Part shown: positions 1 through 11,693 of the stretch, piece after piece
Position numbering within the stretch: position 1 is the first letter of the stretch
How the letters are laid out: every line of letters starts with the position of its first letter
Assembly: GCA_965237905.1 (NCBI GenBank)
Contig: OZ250172.1
Span: 2,981,784 to 3,013,783, forward strand
Origin: Nitrospinaceae bacterium
Lineage (GTDB): Bacteria > Nitrospinota > Nitrospinia > Nitrospinales > Nitrospinaceae
Direction of reading: 5' to 3'
Length of the DNA stretch: 32,000 nt
Position numbers and translations under genes: made by a program
Notes under the pieces: model-generated
What the model was told of the DNA's origin: nothing
Databases searched by the model: none
The model's input: only the letters and a program-made list of their open reading frames with translations

Positions 1-1
1 G

Positions 2-2437
<2,436 letters not shown>

Positions 2438-2446
2438 GAGGAGAGG

Positions 2447-3211
2447 TCAGCGGACTTCCAGATTCTCCTGGCATTCGATGCAAAGTGCTGTCAAGGGCAG
2501 GATCTCCAGGCGCTTGAGGGTGATGTATTTGGAACAGTTATCACAGACCCCGTAGGTATCCCCCTTAATCTTAAAAAGAGCTTCCTCAACCATTCTCAAC
2601 TCATTTCTCTCCCGGCTGGAAAGTTGAAAAGCCATTTCCCGTCCTTCCAAGCTGGATGCCAGGTCTATTTCATTGCTGAAGGTAATGTCGTTAATGGTTC
2701 GCTCCACTTCCTTGGAAGAACGAAGCATCCCCATCAATCTTTTTCTGTCCTGATTCAACCGTTCCTGAATCTTTAAAATCCTCGGATCATCTTTTTTGAA
2801 AGGGGATCTCACAAACGGTTTGATTATTTCCTCTGGCGGTTCGACTACTTTTTTTGGAGCCGCTTTTTTAGGGACCGTTTTTTTGGGAACTACTTTTGCC
2901 ACTGCTTTTTTGGCCGGGGCTTTTTTGGCGCTTGCCTTCGGTTTCTTTTGGGCCTTGGCTTTTTTTACCGTTTTTTTGGCCGGGGCTTTTTTGGCGCTTG
3001 CCTTCGGTTTCTTTTGAGCCTTGGTTTTTTTCTTCGCCGTTTTTTTCGCAGTGCTTTTAGATTTCTTTTTCACGGTCGCTTTCTTTTTCTTGCTTTTACC
3101 CGCTTTTTTGGCATGGGTCCGCTTTTTGGCGGCAGAGGATTTCTTTTTCGTTGAAGTAGTTTTGGACTTCTTCACTTTTTTCTTAACTGCTTTTTTCTTT
3201 TTAACCGCCAC
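2447..3211 (-). CDS. DksA/TraR-type zinc-finger protein with a long Lys/Ala/Pro-rich histone-H1-like N-terminal extension
   Basis: C-terminal half ends CDNCSKYITLKRLEILPLTALCIECQENLE (C4 zinc finger of the DksA/TraR family). The N-terminal ~140 aa are KKK/APAKK repeats. Confidence 0.85.
   Translation of the reverse strand: MAVKKKKAVKKKVKKSKTTSTKKKSSAAKKRTHAKKAGKSKKKKATVKKKSKSTAKKTAKKKTKAQKKPKASAKKAPAKKTVKKAKAQKKPKASAKKAPAKKAVAKVVPKKTVPKKAAPKKVVEPPEEIIKPFVRSPFKKDDPRILKIQERLNQDRKRLMGMLRSSKEVERTINDITFSNEIDLASSLEGREMAFQLSSRERNELRMVEEALFKIKGDTYGVCDNCSKYITLKRLEILPLTALCIECQENLEVR
2910..3045 (-). repeat. Two tandem copies of a 66-bp unit encoding 22 aa (KAQKKPKASAKKAPAKKTVKKA)
   Basis: 'ggccggggc' anchor recurs at 2912-2920 and 2978-2986, spaced 66 bp, with near-identical flanks. 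The protein repeat is visible. Confidence 0.8.
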
Positions 3212-3462
3212 TGTGGTGTCTCCAGATCAAGTTTTTTGATAGAAGATTAGATAGGAGTTCTAAATCAAATTGTGGTGATAATCGGGGGAATCCTGGCCGG
3301 AAATCACCTTCAATAGTCAAATAACCCCAATGAAATCAGTAATATAGGCTTGCTTGGGCCTAAAAACTGCCCTAAAGAGTATCATAGAAATTAAAAAGTA
3401 CAAGAAATTATATGCACGAGGATATTTTGCGGCCGCCGCTTCCGAGCCAATGGCAAATTCCA

Positions 3463-3753
3463 TTAAACTAACTCATAATCCACCACCACGGTTTCGAAAC
3501 AAAGGGATCGCGCCAACTGAATGACCGGCTGATGGACCTTATGCCCGGCATACGTCTCCAATCCCTGGCGGTTCTCAAAGTGAGTGGTCAGTACCAGGTC
3601 GAACGACCGGTCGGAGCCCTTGAAATCCTCCCCAACTTCAAGAAACTTCAGGGTTTCAATCTGGCCTTTCATTCCGTTCAGGGCGGATATCAGGGTTTTC
3701 AGATGGTTGGGGGATTTTTCCTTCAGTTTGAACATGACGATGTGTTTGATCAT
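3463..3753 (-). CDS. Dabb family (stress-responsive alpha/beta barrel) protein
   Basis: MIKHIVMFKLKE N-terminus, DLVLTTHFENRQGLETYAGHKVHQPV pattern of the Dabb domain, 96 aa. Confidence 0.8.
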   Translation of the reverse strand: MIKHIVMFKLKEKSPNHLKTLISALNGMKGQIETLKFLEVGEDFKGSDRSFDLVLTTHFENRQGLETYAGHKVHQPVIQLARSLCFETVVVDYELV

Positions 3754-3909
3754 GGTGCCGCTCCTGTTTCAGGTGTCGCCGAGGGGATTGATTCGGGATG
3801 AGTTTATCCTCCCAGCCCACAATCGTGGCTGGGTTTTTTGAGAAATTCCCAGTATTATATAGGCTTTTGAGAAGCAAATTGTGAATTTATATTCAGAGGG
3901 TGGGCAGAC

Positions 3910-4632
3910 ATGTCCTGGTTACTTGGTGCTGGATTCGGATTTCTTCGTGGTGGGCCTCTTGGGGCCCTGGTGGGGGGAGCTGTCCAGTATGTGATGACAA
4001 AAAAAGTCCGGAAACTCATTCGTCGGGGACTGCCGGGGGTAGTGGACGAAACGACGTTCGTTACCTGTATTATTGTGGTGATGACCAAGCTGGCCATGGT
4101 CAAAGGCCATATGACCCCGAGAGAAGTGGAGACGATTTACCGGTTTTTTGTGAAAAATTTGAATTACTCGGAGAGCGATCTCGAATCCATTAACCAGGTT
4201 ATCCGTGAGACCTGCCGGGTCAATCCTGATCTGAATCCGGTCATCCAGAAATACAAGTCTTCGGCCCAGTCCATGTACCGGAGTCTTCTGCTGGTGTTGT
4301 CCTACCAGATCGCCCTGATCGAAGATTCACTCACACATGAGGTGCAGAAAGGTATCAACGAATTGGCCGGCCTGCTGGACATATCCTTTGAGGAGCATGA
4401 CCAAATCCGCCACAAGTATTCTCTGGATGTTTTGGTGACGCCCTATACGGTTCTGGGTGTTGCTTCGACGGCCACCAACGATGAAATTAAAAAGGCCTAC
4501 TGGCGGTTGGCCTCCCAATGTCATCCCGATAAAGTGGTGCATTTGGGAGAAGATCAGGTGGAAGAGGCGCACCTCAAGTTTCTTGAAATTCAGGAAGCGT
4601 ATCAGAAGCTGGGAAAAACGCGGAGTCTTTGA
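3910..4632 (+). CDS. DnaJ-domain protein with N-terminal Gly-rich membrane-type segment and TerB/DjlA-like middle domain
   Basis: C-terminal J domain TPYTVLGVASTATNDEIKKAYWRLASQCHPDK (HPD motif). Middle region resembles the DjlA TerB domain. Confidence 0.8.
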   Translation: MSWLLGAGFGFLRGGPLGALVGGAVQYVMTKKVRKLIRRGLPGVVDETTFVTCIIVVMTKLAMVKGHMTPREVETIYRFFVKNLNYSESDLESINQVIRETCRVNPDLNPVIQKYKSSAQSMYRSLLLVLSYQIALIEDSLTHEVQKGINELAGLLDISFEEHDQIRHKYSLDVLVTPYTVLGVASTATNDEIKKAYWRLASQCHPDKVVHLGEDQVEEAHLKFLEIQEAYQKLGKTRSL

Positions 4633-4635
4633 TTC

Positions 4636-5991
4636 TTACTTGGACGGAGATTCAACTGCTTTAGGTTTGGGTTCTGTGGGCTCGTCGTTCGCGGGGTCTG
4701 TATCCGCCGCTTCAGTGGGAGTTTGATGAGATGGCTTCGGCGGGTATTCGGATGCAATCTTCCGCACAATGATGGAATTGATTTTCCTTTTACTGGCTTC
4801 CTTGACGGTTAACCGGAAACCGTTGATGACAACCTGATCGCCTGCCGCCGGAATTTTTTCCAGATTCTCTATCATGAGTCCGGCCATGGTTTCATAATCC
4901 CCTTCCGGGAGATCCAGTTTCAATTCTTCATTAACAGACCCTATTTCCTTATCGCCATCAATAAGATAGCCATCCTTATCATAGATTTCATACTTCTTGA
5001 GGGGCTCGTCGTATTCATCTTCAATTTCTCCGACGATTTCCTCGACAATGTCCTCGATGGTGACAATACCGATACATCCGCCATATTCATCCACGACAAT
5101 GGCGAGATGCAAACCTCGTTGCTGAAGTTCCTTCAATAGATCATCCAGCTTTTTGTTGGGCGGCACGTAGTAGGCCGGGCGGATCATTTCGGTGATGGGG
5201 GAATCGTCCTCCGGTACGGTCAGCAAGTCGAAGGTATTCAAAATACCGATCAGATTAAATATCCGTTCGTGAAACACAGGGAGACGAGAAAACCCGGTTT
5301 CGTTGGAGATTTGATTGGCCTCACGCACCGTGGCTCCGTCGCTGATGGCGTAGGTCTGGATGAGGGGAACCATAACCTGATCGACGCGGAGTTCTCCGAA
5401 GTTAAAGATTCGGTGAATCATTTTCTTTTCATCAATATCCAACTCCGAGGACAGGGAATCGGGGTGAGAGATATAGCGAATCTGCTCCCGGCTGACCGGC
5501 GTTAAATTCACCTTATGGGCTCCCCTTAGAATCATACGCAGGAGGAAATTATAGATAGTGCTGAATAAGGTAATGATCGGCGACAAGATCCGGCAAAAGA
5601 AATTGAGTGGGTGGATAAAGAATTGCATGATGCTATCCGCCCGGTTTTGGAAAATAACTTTTGGGATGATTTCCCCGCCGAATAAAATAACGGGTGAAAT
5701 GATCAGCATGGAAACAAAGTCTCCCCATTGCTCGAAGCGGGTGATCATGAACCCTGTAAAAACGGCAGAAGCAGAGACCACGGCTATGTTGGTGCCCAGA
5801 GAAGTGGTGGCAAATAGCCTTTCCGGTTTGCCGATCAGATCGAGAATCATTTTTGCGGAAGCACTGCCTTCCTCAGACCGCTGTTCCATTTTGAAGCGGT
5901 TGATGGAGATCATCCCGATTTCACATCCCGAAAAGAACGCTTCGATCAGGATGCAGACGAGGACAATGATTAGTGTGGTGCCTAGTTCCAT
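4636..5991 (-). CDS. CNNM/CorC (HlyC/CorC) family membrane protein with DUF21, CBS pair and C-terminal CorC domain
   Basis: Hydrophobic N-terminus; [49 protein letters not shown]. Confidence 0.9.
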   Translation of the reverse strand: MELGTTLIIVLVCILIEAFFSGCEIGMISINRFKMEQRSEEGSASAKMILDLIGKPERLFATTSLGTNIAVVSASAVFTGFMITRFEQWGDFVSMLIISPVILFGGEIIPKVIFQNRADSIMQFFIHPLNFFCRILSPIITLFSTIYNFLLRMILRGAHKVNLTPVSREQIRYISHPDSLSSELDIDEKKMIHRIFNFGELRVDQVMVPLIQTYAISDGATVREANQISNETGFSRLPVFHERIFNLIGILNTFDLLTVPEDDSPITEMIRPAYYVPPNKKLDDLLKELQQRGLHLAIVVDEYGGCIGIVTIEDIVEEIVGEIEDEYDEPLKKYEIYDKDGYLIDGDKEIGSVNEELKLDLPEGDYETMAGLMIENLEKIPAAGDQVVINGFRLTVKEASKRKINSIIVRKIASEYPPKPSHQTPTEAADTDPANDEPTEPKPKAVESPSK

Positions 5992-7289
5992 TAGATTTTG
6001 GGCGCCTCCTTCGTCTCGGAAACTTTTGAGGGTTTAGGGCTGGATAGTGTCAAGTGAAGACTCATGATGCGTGCCCCCTTCATTTTTTCCACGCGAAATT
6101 TAAAACGGTCATACTTGATGCTTTCGCCGGAGCGGGGTACCCGACCAAACAAACCAAAAACGAATCCACCGATTGTGGTGATATCGCCATTAGGCAGTTG
6201 GCAGTTGAACGCTTCATTGAATTCAGAAATACTGCCGGTGGCGGTCAGGCGAAACCGTTTTTCGGTAATCTTGACGATCGGAATTTCCTCCTGCCTCATT
6301 TCGCTGTCGATTTCGCCCACCAGTTCTTCCAGGATATCTTCGAGGGTGACGAGGCCCGTAACGCTTCCAAATTCGTCCAGCACAATGGCCATATGACGTT
6401 TCATTTTTTTGAAATCCTGAAGCATGTCCTTGATTTTGCGGTTTTCCGGAACCGAAATGACAGGCTGAAGAATGCCTTTGAGGTTGAATTTGTCCTTTAA
6501 CTGCTGGCGATGGCGGTTCAATGCTTTGGTGAGCAGAATTCCCAGAACCGCTTCCTCATTTTCGTCATATACCGGAACGCGCGCATAGAAGTTCTCTAGA
6601 ATTTTCGGGAGGATTTCCTCCATCGTATCGTTTGCGTTCAACGTGAACATATCGATTTTTGGGGTCATCACATCGCCGACCGTTTTTTCGCCGAACTCCA
6701 TGACATTGTGAATCAGCTCGCTTTCTTCCGGATCGATCACTCCCTCGTTTTTTCCCAGTTTGACCATGCTGGTGAACTCTTCATCCGATATGCGGTCCTT
6801 CTTATTTTTGGGAAGAATACCGACCCAGGACATGATGGTTTCAGCCAGCCGGGTAAACAGTTTTTGGATGGGGAGGACCAGACGGTAAAACAGATTGAGC
6901 GGACGGGCCGCGAACAAGGCGAACTTTTCAGCGAAATTCAGTGACAGGGATTTGGGTACGATTTCCCCAAACAGGAGAATCAGGAAGGTGCCCACACCGA
7001 TGGCGATGGCGATACCCGCGTCCTCGAACAACTTGAGGGCGATCGAAGTGGCCAATGCGGATATGGCAATATTGACCAACTCATTCCCAATGTAGATGGT
7101 GATGAGTAGTTCCCGTGGTTTTTCGAGGAGAAGACTGATGAGTTGTCCACCCCGGCCTCGGGTTTCCTTCATGGAGGCCAGTTGGGCCTGGTTCAGGGAA
7201 AAGAATGCGGCCTCACAAGCTGCGAAAAAGGCCGAAAACCCCAAAAGGATACTGAGCAGAATGGACCGGGGTAATATTATGTCGTCCAA
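5991..7289 (-). CDS. CNNM/CorC (HlyC/CorC) family membrane protein, tandem paralogue
   Basis: ISALATSIALKLF, VMTPKIDMFTL, YARVPVYDENEEAVLGI, VTLEDILEELVGEIDSE. Confidence 0.9.
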   Translation of the reverse strand: MDDIILPRSILLSILLGFSAFFAACEAAFFSLNQAQLASMKETRGRGGQLISLLLEKPRELLITIYIGNELVNIAISALATSIALKLFEDAGIAIAIGVGTFLILLFGEIVPKSLSLNFAEKFALFAARPLNLFYRLVLPIQKLFTRLAETIMSWVGILPKNKKDRISDEEFTSMVKLGKNEGVIDPEESELIHNVMEFGEKTVGDVMTPKIDMFTLNANDTMEEILPKILENFYARVPVYDENEEAVLGILLTKALNRHRQQLKDKFNLKGILQPVISVPENRKIKDMLQDFKKMKRHMAIVLDEFGSVTGLVTLEDILEELVGEIDSEMRQEEIPIVKITEKRFRLTATGSISEFNEAFNCQLPNGDITTIGGFVFGLFGRVPRSGESIKYDRFKFRVEKMKGARIMSLHLTLSSPKPSKVSETKEAPKI

Positions 7290-7375
7290 AAGATGTATTT
7301 AGTTCCTAAATGAGCCGAAACCTGCGGCCTGCAACATGGAGCAACCTAGGCGGAAAAAGGAAACATATTGATATT

Positions 7376-8404
7376 TCAGCTTTCCCTTTTAAAGTGGTTG
7401 AACCCCATCGGCCTTTGGAGAACTTTACTACGACCGGTTTTCGATATCAGGCGAATGCCTTTCCTGACCGTAATCACTCCAATTTGAGTCACAGGTTGGT
7501 CGACTTTAGTAATGGACTCTATATCTAAATTATTAACATCTTCAGGGGCCAATGTAAATAATAATTCATAGTCTTCCCCTCCCCCCAGAGCCAATTCGAG
7601 GGCGGGTAAATCATTGATAAGGCTATACTTTGCAAGGGGTTTGGAGATCGGAACTTTGTCCTCCCAGAGCTCTGCGCCCGCATGATTTGCCTTCAGGATA
7701 TGCCCCAGATCCTGAGTCAATCCATCGCTGATATCGATCATCGATGTCACCTTATATTTGGATCGGGCCAGCCAGGCAGCCTCTTTCACACGGGGTTCCG
7801 GTTTGAGGTGCCGCTGGACACATTTTTTTTTATGGGCTTCCGAACCTTTCCACTTTTTCTTGGGAGACTCCAGAATTTTAAGACCCAGGGCGGAATCTCC
7901 CAGGGTTCCCGTCACGAAAATCCTGTCTCCCGGCCGGGCTCCCGAGCGGGTAAAAACTTTCTTTTTCAGGGTCTCTCCCAGCAGAGCCAGATTGATGAAC
8001 AGGTGCTTGGGGGAAGCCACCGTATCTCCGCCCACCAGAGCCACTTTATATTTCAGGGATGCCTGGTTGAGGCCTTTATAAAAACGATCCAGGAAATCGA
8101 CCGGAATCGAATTTGGAATGCCCACCGATATGACGGCAAATTTGGGTTGGCCTCCCATGGCGGCGATGTCGCTGATATTGACTGCCAGCGTTTTCCATCC
8201 TAATTGTTCCGGAGTGTGGGTTTTTAAATTAAAATGGACAGTTTCCACCAAAGCATCGGTCGTCAGAACTTGATAGTTGCCGTTGTTAAGGGACAGCACT
8301 GCGCAGTCATCGCCGATACCCTGGATGACTTGGGGAGAACGGTATTTAAGACGGGATTGAAACCGGGAAATTAGGCCAAATTCTCCTAATTTTGAAAGAT
8401 CCAT
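7376..8404 (-). CDS. thiL: Thiamine-monophosphate kinase
   Basis: GEFGLISRF, GIGDDCAVLSL, TDALVETVHF, WKTLAVNISDIAAMGGQP, VGGDTVAS, MIDISDGLTQDLGHI, GGGEDYELLF. Confidence 0.95.
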   Translation of the reverse strand: MDLSKLGEFGLISRFQSRLKYRSPQVIQGIGDDCAVLSLNNGNYQVLTTDALVETVHFNLKTHTPEQLGWKTLAVNISDIAAMGGQPKFAVISVGIPNSIPVDFLDRFYKGLNQASLKYKVALVGGDTVASPKHLFINLALLGETLKKKVFTRSGARPGDRIFVTGTLGDSALGLKILESPKKKWKGSEAHKKKCVQRHLKPEPRVKEAAWLARSKYKVTSMIDISDGLTQDLGHILKANHAGAELWEDKVPISKPLAKYSLINDLPALELALGGGEDYELLFTLAPEDVNNLDIESITKVDQPVTQIGVITVRKGIRLISKTGRSKVLQRPMGFNHFKRES

Positions 8405-8415
8405 GACAGGGTTTT

Positions 8416-8649
8416 TTAAATACCTTTTTTGAAAAAATCCCGGGCCATGGCATCGATATCCAATTTTTTATCGATTTTGATCGAAAGTTTGTCACCGACC
8501 TCAAACTGATACTTTTGGAATTCCTCCAGGCTGAAAGTCACTTCAATTTCATTTTCAGTCTGCTGGACCCATATGGTGACATCTCTTTCTACCTCTGCTT
8601 TATTGGGCGGGACGGAAGTTTGGGTAATTTCACCTTCCAATTGAATCAT
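8416..8649 (-). CDS. Small hypothetical protein upstream of thiL, same strand
   Basis: 77-aa ORF, 11 bp from thiL, charged globular composition. Confidence 0.55.
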   Translation of the reverse strand: MIQLEGEITQTSVPPNKAEVERDVTIWVQQTENEIEVTFSLEEFQKYQFEVGDKLSIKIDKKLDIDAMARDFFKKGI

Positions 8650-8757
8650 CTTAGGATTTCCTTATTAGTTTAAATAGATTGGCTTCTTAATGATTTTCCT
8701 TCATTTGGCTGCATATTGCTATTGAATTGTCGCGGAAGTCGGCTGGAAGTTAAACAA

Positions 8758-8790
8758 AAATTCCCCCCTGAACTTGCCAGGGGGGAATTT
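8758..8790 (-). terminator. Intrinsic terminator downstream of the CBS-domain gene
   Basis: 13-bp perfect stem aaattcccccctg / caggggggaattt followed on the minus strand by a T-rich tract. Confidence 0.75.
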
Positions 8791-8828
8791 ATAAAGGTGA
8801 AGAATGGGTTTTAGCTGATAATCAAATC

Positions 8829-9227
8829 TTATTCCTGCATGCGAAAGTCCTTGGAGTAATAAGCAACCAGATCTTTGACCGATAGGACTCCTACGATTTT
8901 GTCATCATCCGTTATTGCCAAATGGCGGATTTTGTTTTTGTGCATGTATTGGTTGGCCTCTTCAATGGGCATATAACGATCCATAGATTCGATGGAGCCC
9001 ATAATATCAGAAACCTTCATCTCTTCCGGATTCGCCCCTTTGGCCAGCACTTTTTGGCTGAGTTCCCTTTCCGTGATGATACCGATGTCATCTCCATGTT
9101 CTTCAACGATGAGGCTTCCCACATGACTCTTTTCCATCAAAATCGCCGCATCCTGTACGGAAGATTCCGAATCAACTCTCAATACCGGGGAGGACATGTA
9201 TTCCCCCACTTCATCCATCGTATCCAT
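8829..9227 (-). CDS. CBS-pair domain protein (132 aa); the track ORF to 9392 is over-extended
   Basis: MDTMDEVGEYMSSPVLRVDSESSVQDAAILMEKSHVGSLIV...GIITERELSQKVLAKG...VGVLSVKDLVAYY. A ribosome-binding-like AAGGGGG precedes the ATG at 9227. Confidence 0.85.
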   Translation of the reverse strand: MDTMDEVGEYMSSPVLRVDSESSVQDAAILMEKSHVGSLIVEEHGDDIGIITERELSQKVLAKGANPEEMKVSDIMGSIESMDRYMPIEEANQYMHKNKIRHLAITDDDKIVGVLSVKDLVAYYSKDFRMQE

Positions 9228-9418
9228 ACTGCCCCCTTGGTTTATATGTAAGAATATTGAACCCAATAAGGTAGATTTTGTGTCTTCAGTAATATGGGAT
9301 GATAATAGATGAGGTGCCATGGATTCAACAAAAATCGAAATCCCCGGGTCCGGGTCGACGGGGGACAGGCAAAATAAGATCAAACTTTTCAAGGGTTAAG
9401 GATCAGAGGGTAGGGGGG

Positions 9419-10057
9419 TTACTTGACTTCTTTTACCAACCAGGCGTGATATTTTTCTGCGGTGACGTGATGCCAGAAAACAGCCCCGATATTGAAATGA
9501 ACCAGCCAAGCACCCTGGTCCCCCTGTTGACAGAGTTTTTTCTGATACCGGTCCGTTATGACGGATACTTCTTCACAAGTGGTGGTGCTCCAGTAATAAT
9601 GACCGCGCCCGTCATCGAAAAGAGGATGTACCCAAGACTTCTGGCCGCTCACATTTTTCACCCGTTGTTTGTACATCAGGGTTTTGAGTTCCGGAAGGGT
9701 GGGGAGTCGCCAGCCGGGTGTGCCGTCGATATCGGCTCCGATGGCATAATCCTTTGCCATTTTAAGTGAATATTTATTCAGGTGGCCCTTCTTCGCCCAT
9801 TTCAGTTTGTTGACCGTATCCGTGATAGTTCCGTTCTTATTGTCGACAAACTTGGGAGTGGGCAAATTTTCCAGTTGTTTATCGGATACCTTTTTACATT
9901 CGGCGAGTAACGGGGCGGATCTGGGACATTGATTGAGAATATCAAAATGCCCCATGGTTTTTATCATAGTGCAGACCTTTGCCTTGGAGCATCTTGCCCA
10001 GGAGGAGGTGGGCCAAGCCACCAGGACTACTAGAATTAAGAAAAGAACCCGCATCAA
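9419..10057 (-). CDS. Exported DUF1566 (Lcl C-terminal type) domain protein
   Basis: Signal peptide MRVLFLILVVLVAWPTSSWA; GNGTITDTVNKLKWAK and GWRLPTLPELKTLM motifs. Confidence 0.75.
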   Translation of the reverse strand: MMRVLFLILVVLVAWPTSSWARCSKAKVCTMIKTMGHFDILNQCPRSAPLLAECKKVSDKQLENLPTPKFVDNKNGTITDTVNKLKWAKKGHLNKYSLKMAKDYAIGADIDGTPGWRLPTLPELKTLMYKQRVKNVSGQKSWVHPLFDDGRGHYYWSTTTCEEVSVITDRYQKKLCQQGDQGAWLVHFNIGAVFWHHVTAEKYHAWLVKEVK

Positions 10058-10184
10058 CCATCTCCTATTTATAAGGAATTTGGAAATCCAAACCGTGAAA
10101 TTTAAGGGGATACGTAAAAATCCTGGTCAGAATACAATATTTTTCAGGGAATATAAACGAATATTTAAACGGGTTTAGCACAGT

Positions 10185-11048
10185 TTAAAGGGCTTGAAGA
10201 ACCGCGTCCAGCCGCTCGAAAGCTTCTTTTCCTTTGAGGGGTAAAAGGTACTTCGTGCCGACAATGGAGTTGGCGGAAGGGTCCAGATTGATGTTGATCG
10301 CCGGTGCGCCCTGCCTCATGAACTCAAGGGCAAGATAATCGTTGGTGGGAACGGCGCCCGAACTTCCAACCAGAATCACCAAATCGACCGGCTCTCTCGC
10401 GAATGAATGAAAATTCTTTTCCTGCTCCGGGTGGCCGGTGTATTCCCCATCGCCAAACATCAGAATGTGCGGACGGGCGACGCCGCGGCAACGGGGGCAC
10501 TTGGGATACTTCGAGGCTTTCATGGTGTCGTGATCGAGATCGCACAGGGGAACCGAATCCTCCTGCCAGTAGGCATAAGAACAGACATTCAGGCACTGGA
10601 GCCGCCACATGGACCCGTGAACCTCTTTCACCTTGTCGGCGGGGCACCCCGACCGCAAATGATAGCCATCGGTATTGGTGGTGTGAATGAACGCGTCATC
10701 GAAATGTTCCTCGATCCATTTGTTGATAATGGTGTATCCAGCATGAGGCTGGTTTTCGTCGGCATTACGACGTCGCCATTCGTAAAACGCCCAGGCATGG
10801 GGAAGTTCGTTGCGGAAAGCCCAGGGGCTGGCCAAATCCTGCGCCTCCAACCCTTTTTCTTTGAAGGGTGGAAAATTACTCCAGTAACCCTCCTTGTCGC
10901 GGAAGGTGGGGATATTGGAATCGGCGCTCATGCCGGCGCTGGTGAGAAACACGACGCGCCGGGCGTCGTGGATCAGTTGGGCGCATTGTTTAATAAGTTG
11001 GTCAGTATCCATATCCGAGTTCAAAGTTCGCCATTCCTTTTCCCGCAA
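10185..11048 (-). CDS. SIR2-family NAD-dependent protein deacylase (sirtuin)
   Basis: VVFLTSAGMSADSNIPTFRDKEGYW, TTNTDGYH, VKEVHGSMWRLQC, CPRCRGVARPHILMFGD. Confidence 0.85.
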   Translation of the reverse strand: MREKEWRTLNSDMDTDQLIKQCAQLIHDARRVVFLTSAGMSADSNIPTFRDKEGYWSNFPPFKEKGLEAQDLASPWAFRNELPHAWAFYEWRRRNADENQPHAGYTIINKWIEEHFDDAFIHTTNTDGYHLRSGCPADKVKEVHGSMWRLQCLNVCSYAYWQEDSVPLCDLDHDTMKASKYPKCPRCRGVARPHILMFGDGEYTGHPEQEKNFHSFAREPVDLVILVGSSGAVPTNDYLALEFMRQGAPAININLDPSANSIVGTKYLLPLKGKEAFERLDAVLQAL

Positions 11049-11189
11049 AAGGTCCGCAAATTGTCGGTTAATATATTATTTGGCGGCTTACGATCTGTAT
11101 GATCGAACGTCTGCTTTTGCACCATAGGTGTTATCACGCAGAAACAGCTCAGAGATCAAAAACTCTGAAAAAGAATTGACGGAATAGAT

Positions 11190-11603
11190 TCATTTTTTTT
11201 CAAACAGGGCATCCAGAATCGGGCATTCGGGTATTACACCGCCTTCACACTGCGAAGAAATTTTAGCCAGTATTTTTTCCAGCTTTTTTAAATCCACAAT
11301 CTTCCGGCGAATATCTCCAAGATGATGAAGTGTGATCTTTTGCACTTGAACGCAGGTGTTTTCGCCACCATCAACCAACCTCAAGAGAGCCCGAATTTCT
11401 TCAAGTGAAAAACCCAGGCCCCTGCCACGGCGTATGAAAACCAGCCGCTTCAGGTGATTTTCACTATAAATCCGATGTCCACCTTCAGTTCGAGGTGGTT
11501 TTGGGAATATCGCAATCTTTTCGTAATAGCGGATTGTCTCAATCTTGCAGTGAGTGAGATCGGACAAAACTCCAATAGTTAATCTTTTTTCTCTATTTTG
11601 CAT
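11190..11603 (-). CDS. MerR-family transcriptional regulator with three C-terminal-region Cys; start reassigned from 11879 to the ATG at 11603
   Basis: LTIGVLSDLTHCKIETIRYYEKIAIFPKPPRTEGGHRIYSENHLKRLVFIRRGRGLGFSLEEIRALLRL, then C..(GENTC)..C(SSQC)..C(PECPILDAL). AAGGAG sits upstream of the ATG. Confidence 0.92.
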   Translation of the reverse strand: MQNREKRLTIGVLSDLTHCKIETIRYYEKIAIFPKPPRTEGGHRIYSENHLKRLVFIRRGRGLGFSLEEIRALLRLVDGGENTCVQVQKITLHHLGDIRRKIVDLKKLEKILAKISSQCEGGVIPECPILDALFEKK

Positions 11604-11611
11604 AAAACTCC

Positions 11612-11645
11612 TTGAACCTGTAGTTACTACAGGTTTTATATTATA
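11612..11645 (+). promoter_or_regulatory. MerR-type operator/promoter: -35 TTGAAC (11612-11617), 19-bp spacer, -10 TATATT (11637-11642), centred on the 21-bp perfect dyad AACCTGTAG-TTA-CTACAGGTT (11615-11635)
   Basis: Read directly from sequence. The overlong 19-bp spacer with a centred dyad is the hallmark of MerR-activated promoters. A minus-strand TATAAT (11645-11640) could serve merR. Confidence 0.88.
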
Positions 11646-11693
11646 AGCGAAAAAATGATTTTTGGGAAATGACTTTAAAACCGGGAGAGGATC

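Noticed and set aside
2910-3045. Possible CRISPR-like array in the repetitive stretch
   Set aside because: Repeats are contiguous, in-frame, 66 bp and coding, with no spacers; it is a protein-coding tandem repeat.
2796-3239. Phe/Leu-rich plus-strand ORFs resembling membrane proteins
   Set aside because: They are the reverse complement of the Lys-rich (AAA/AAG) tail of the DksA-like gene, so the hydrophobicity is a codon artefact.
9228-9392. N-terminal extension of the CBS-domain ORF
   Set aside because: A good ribosome-binding-like site and the CBS domain start support the ATG at 9227; the extension lacks family similarity.
10324-11127. Several ORFs overlapping the sirtuin (10324-10647 -, 10403-10690 +, 10407-11102 +)
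   Set aside because: Alternative frames of a well-supported sirtuin gene.
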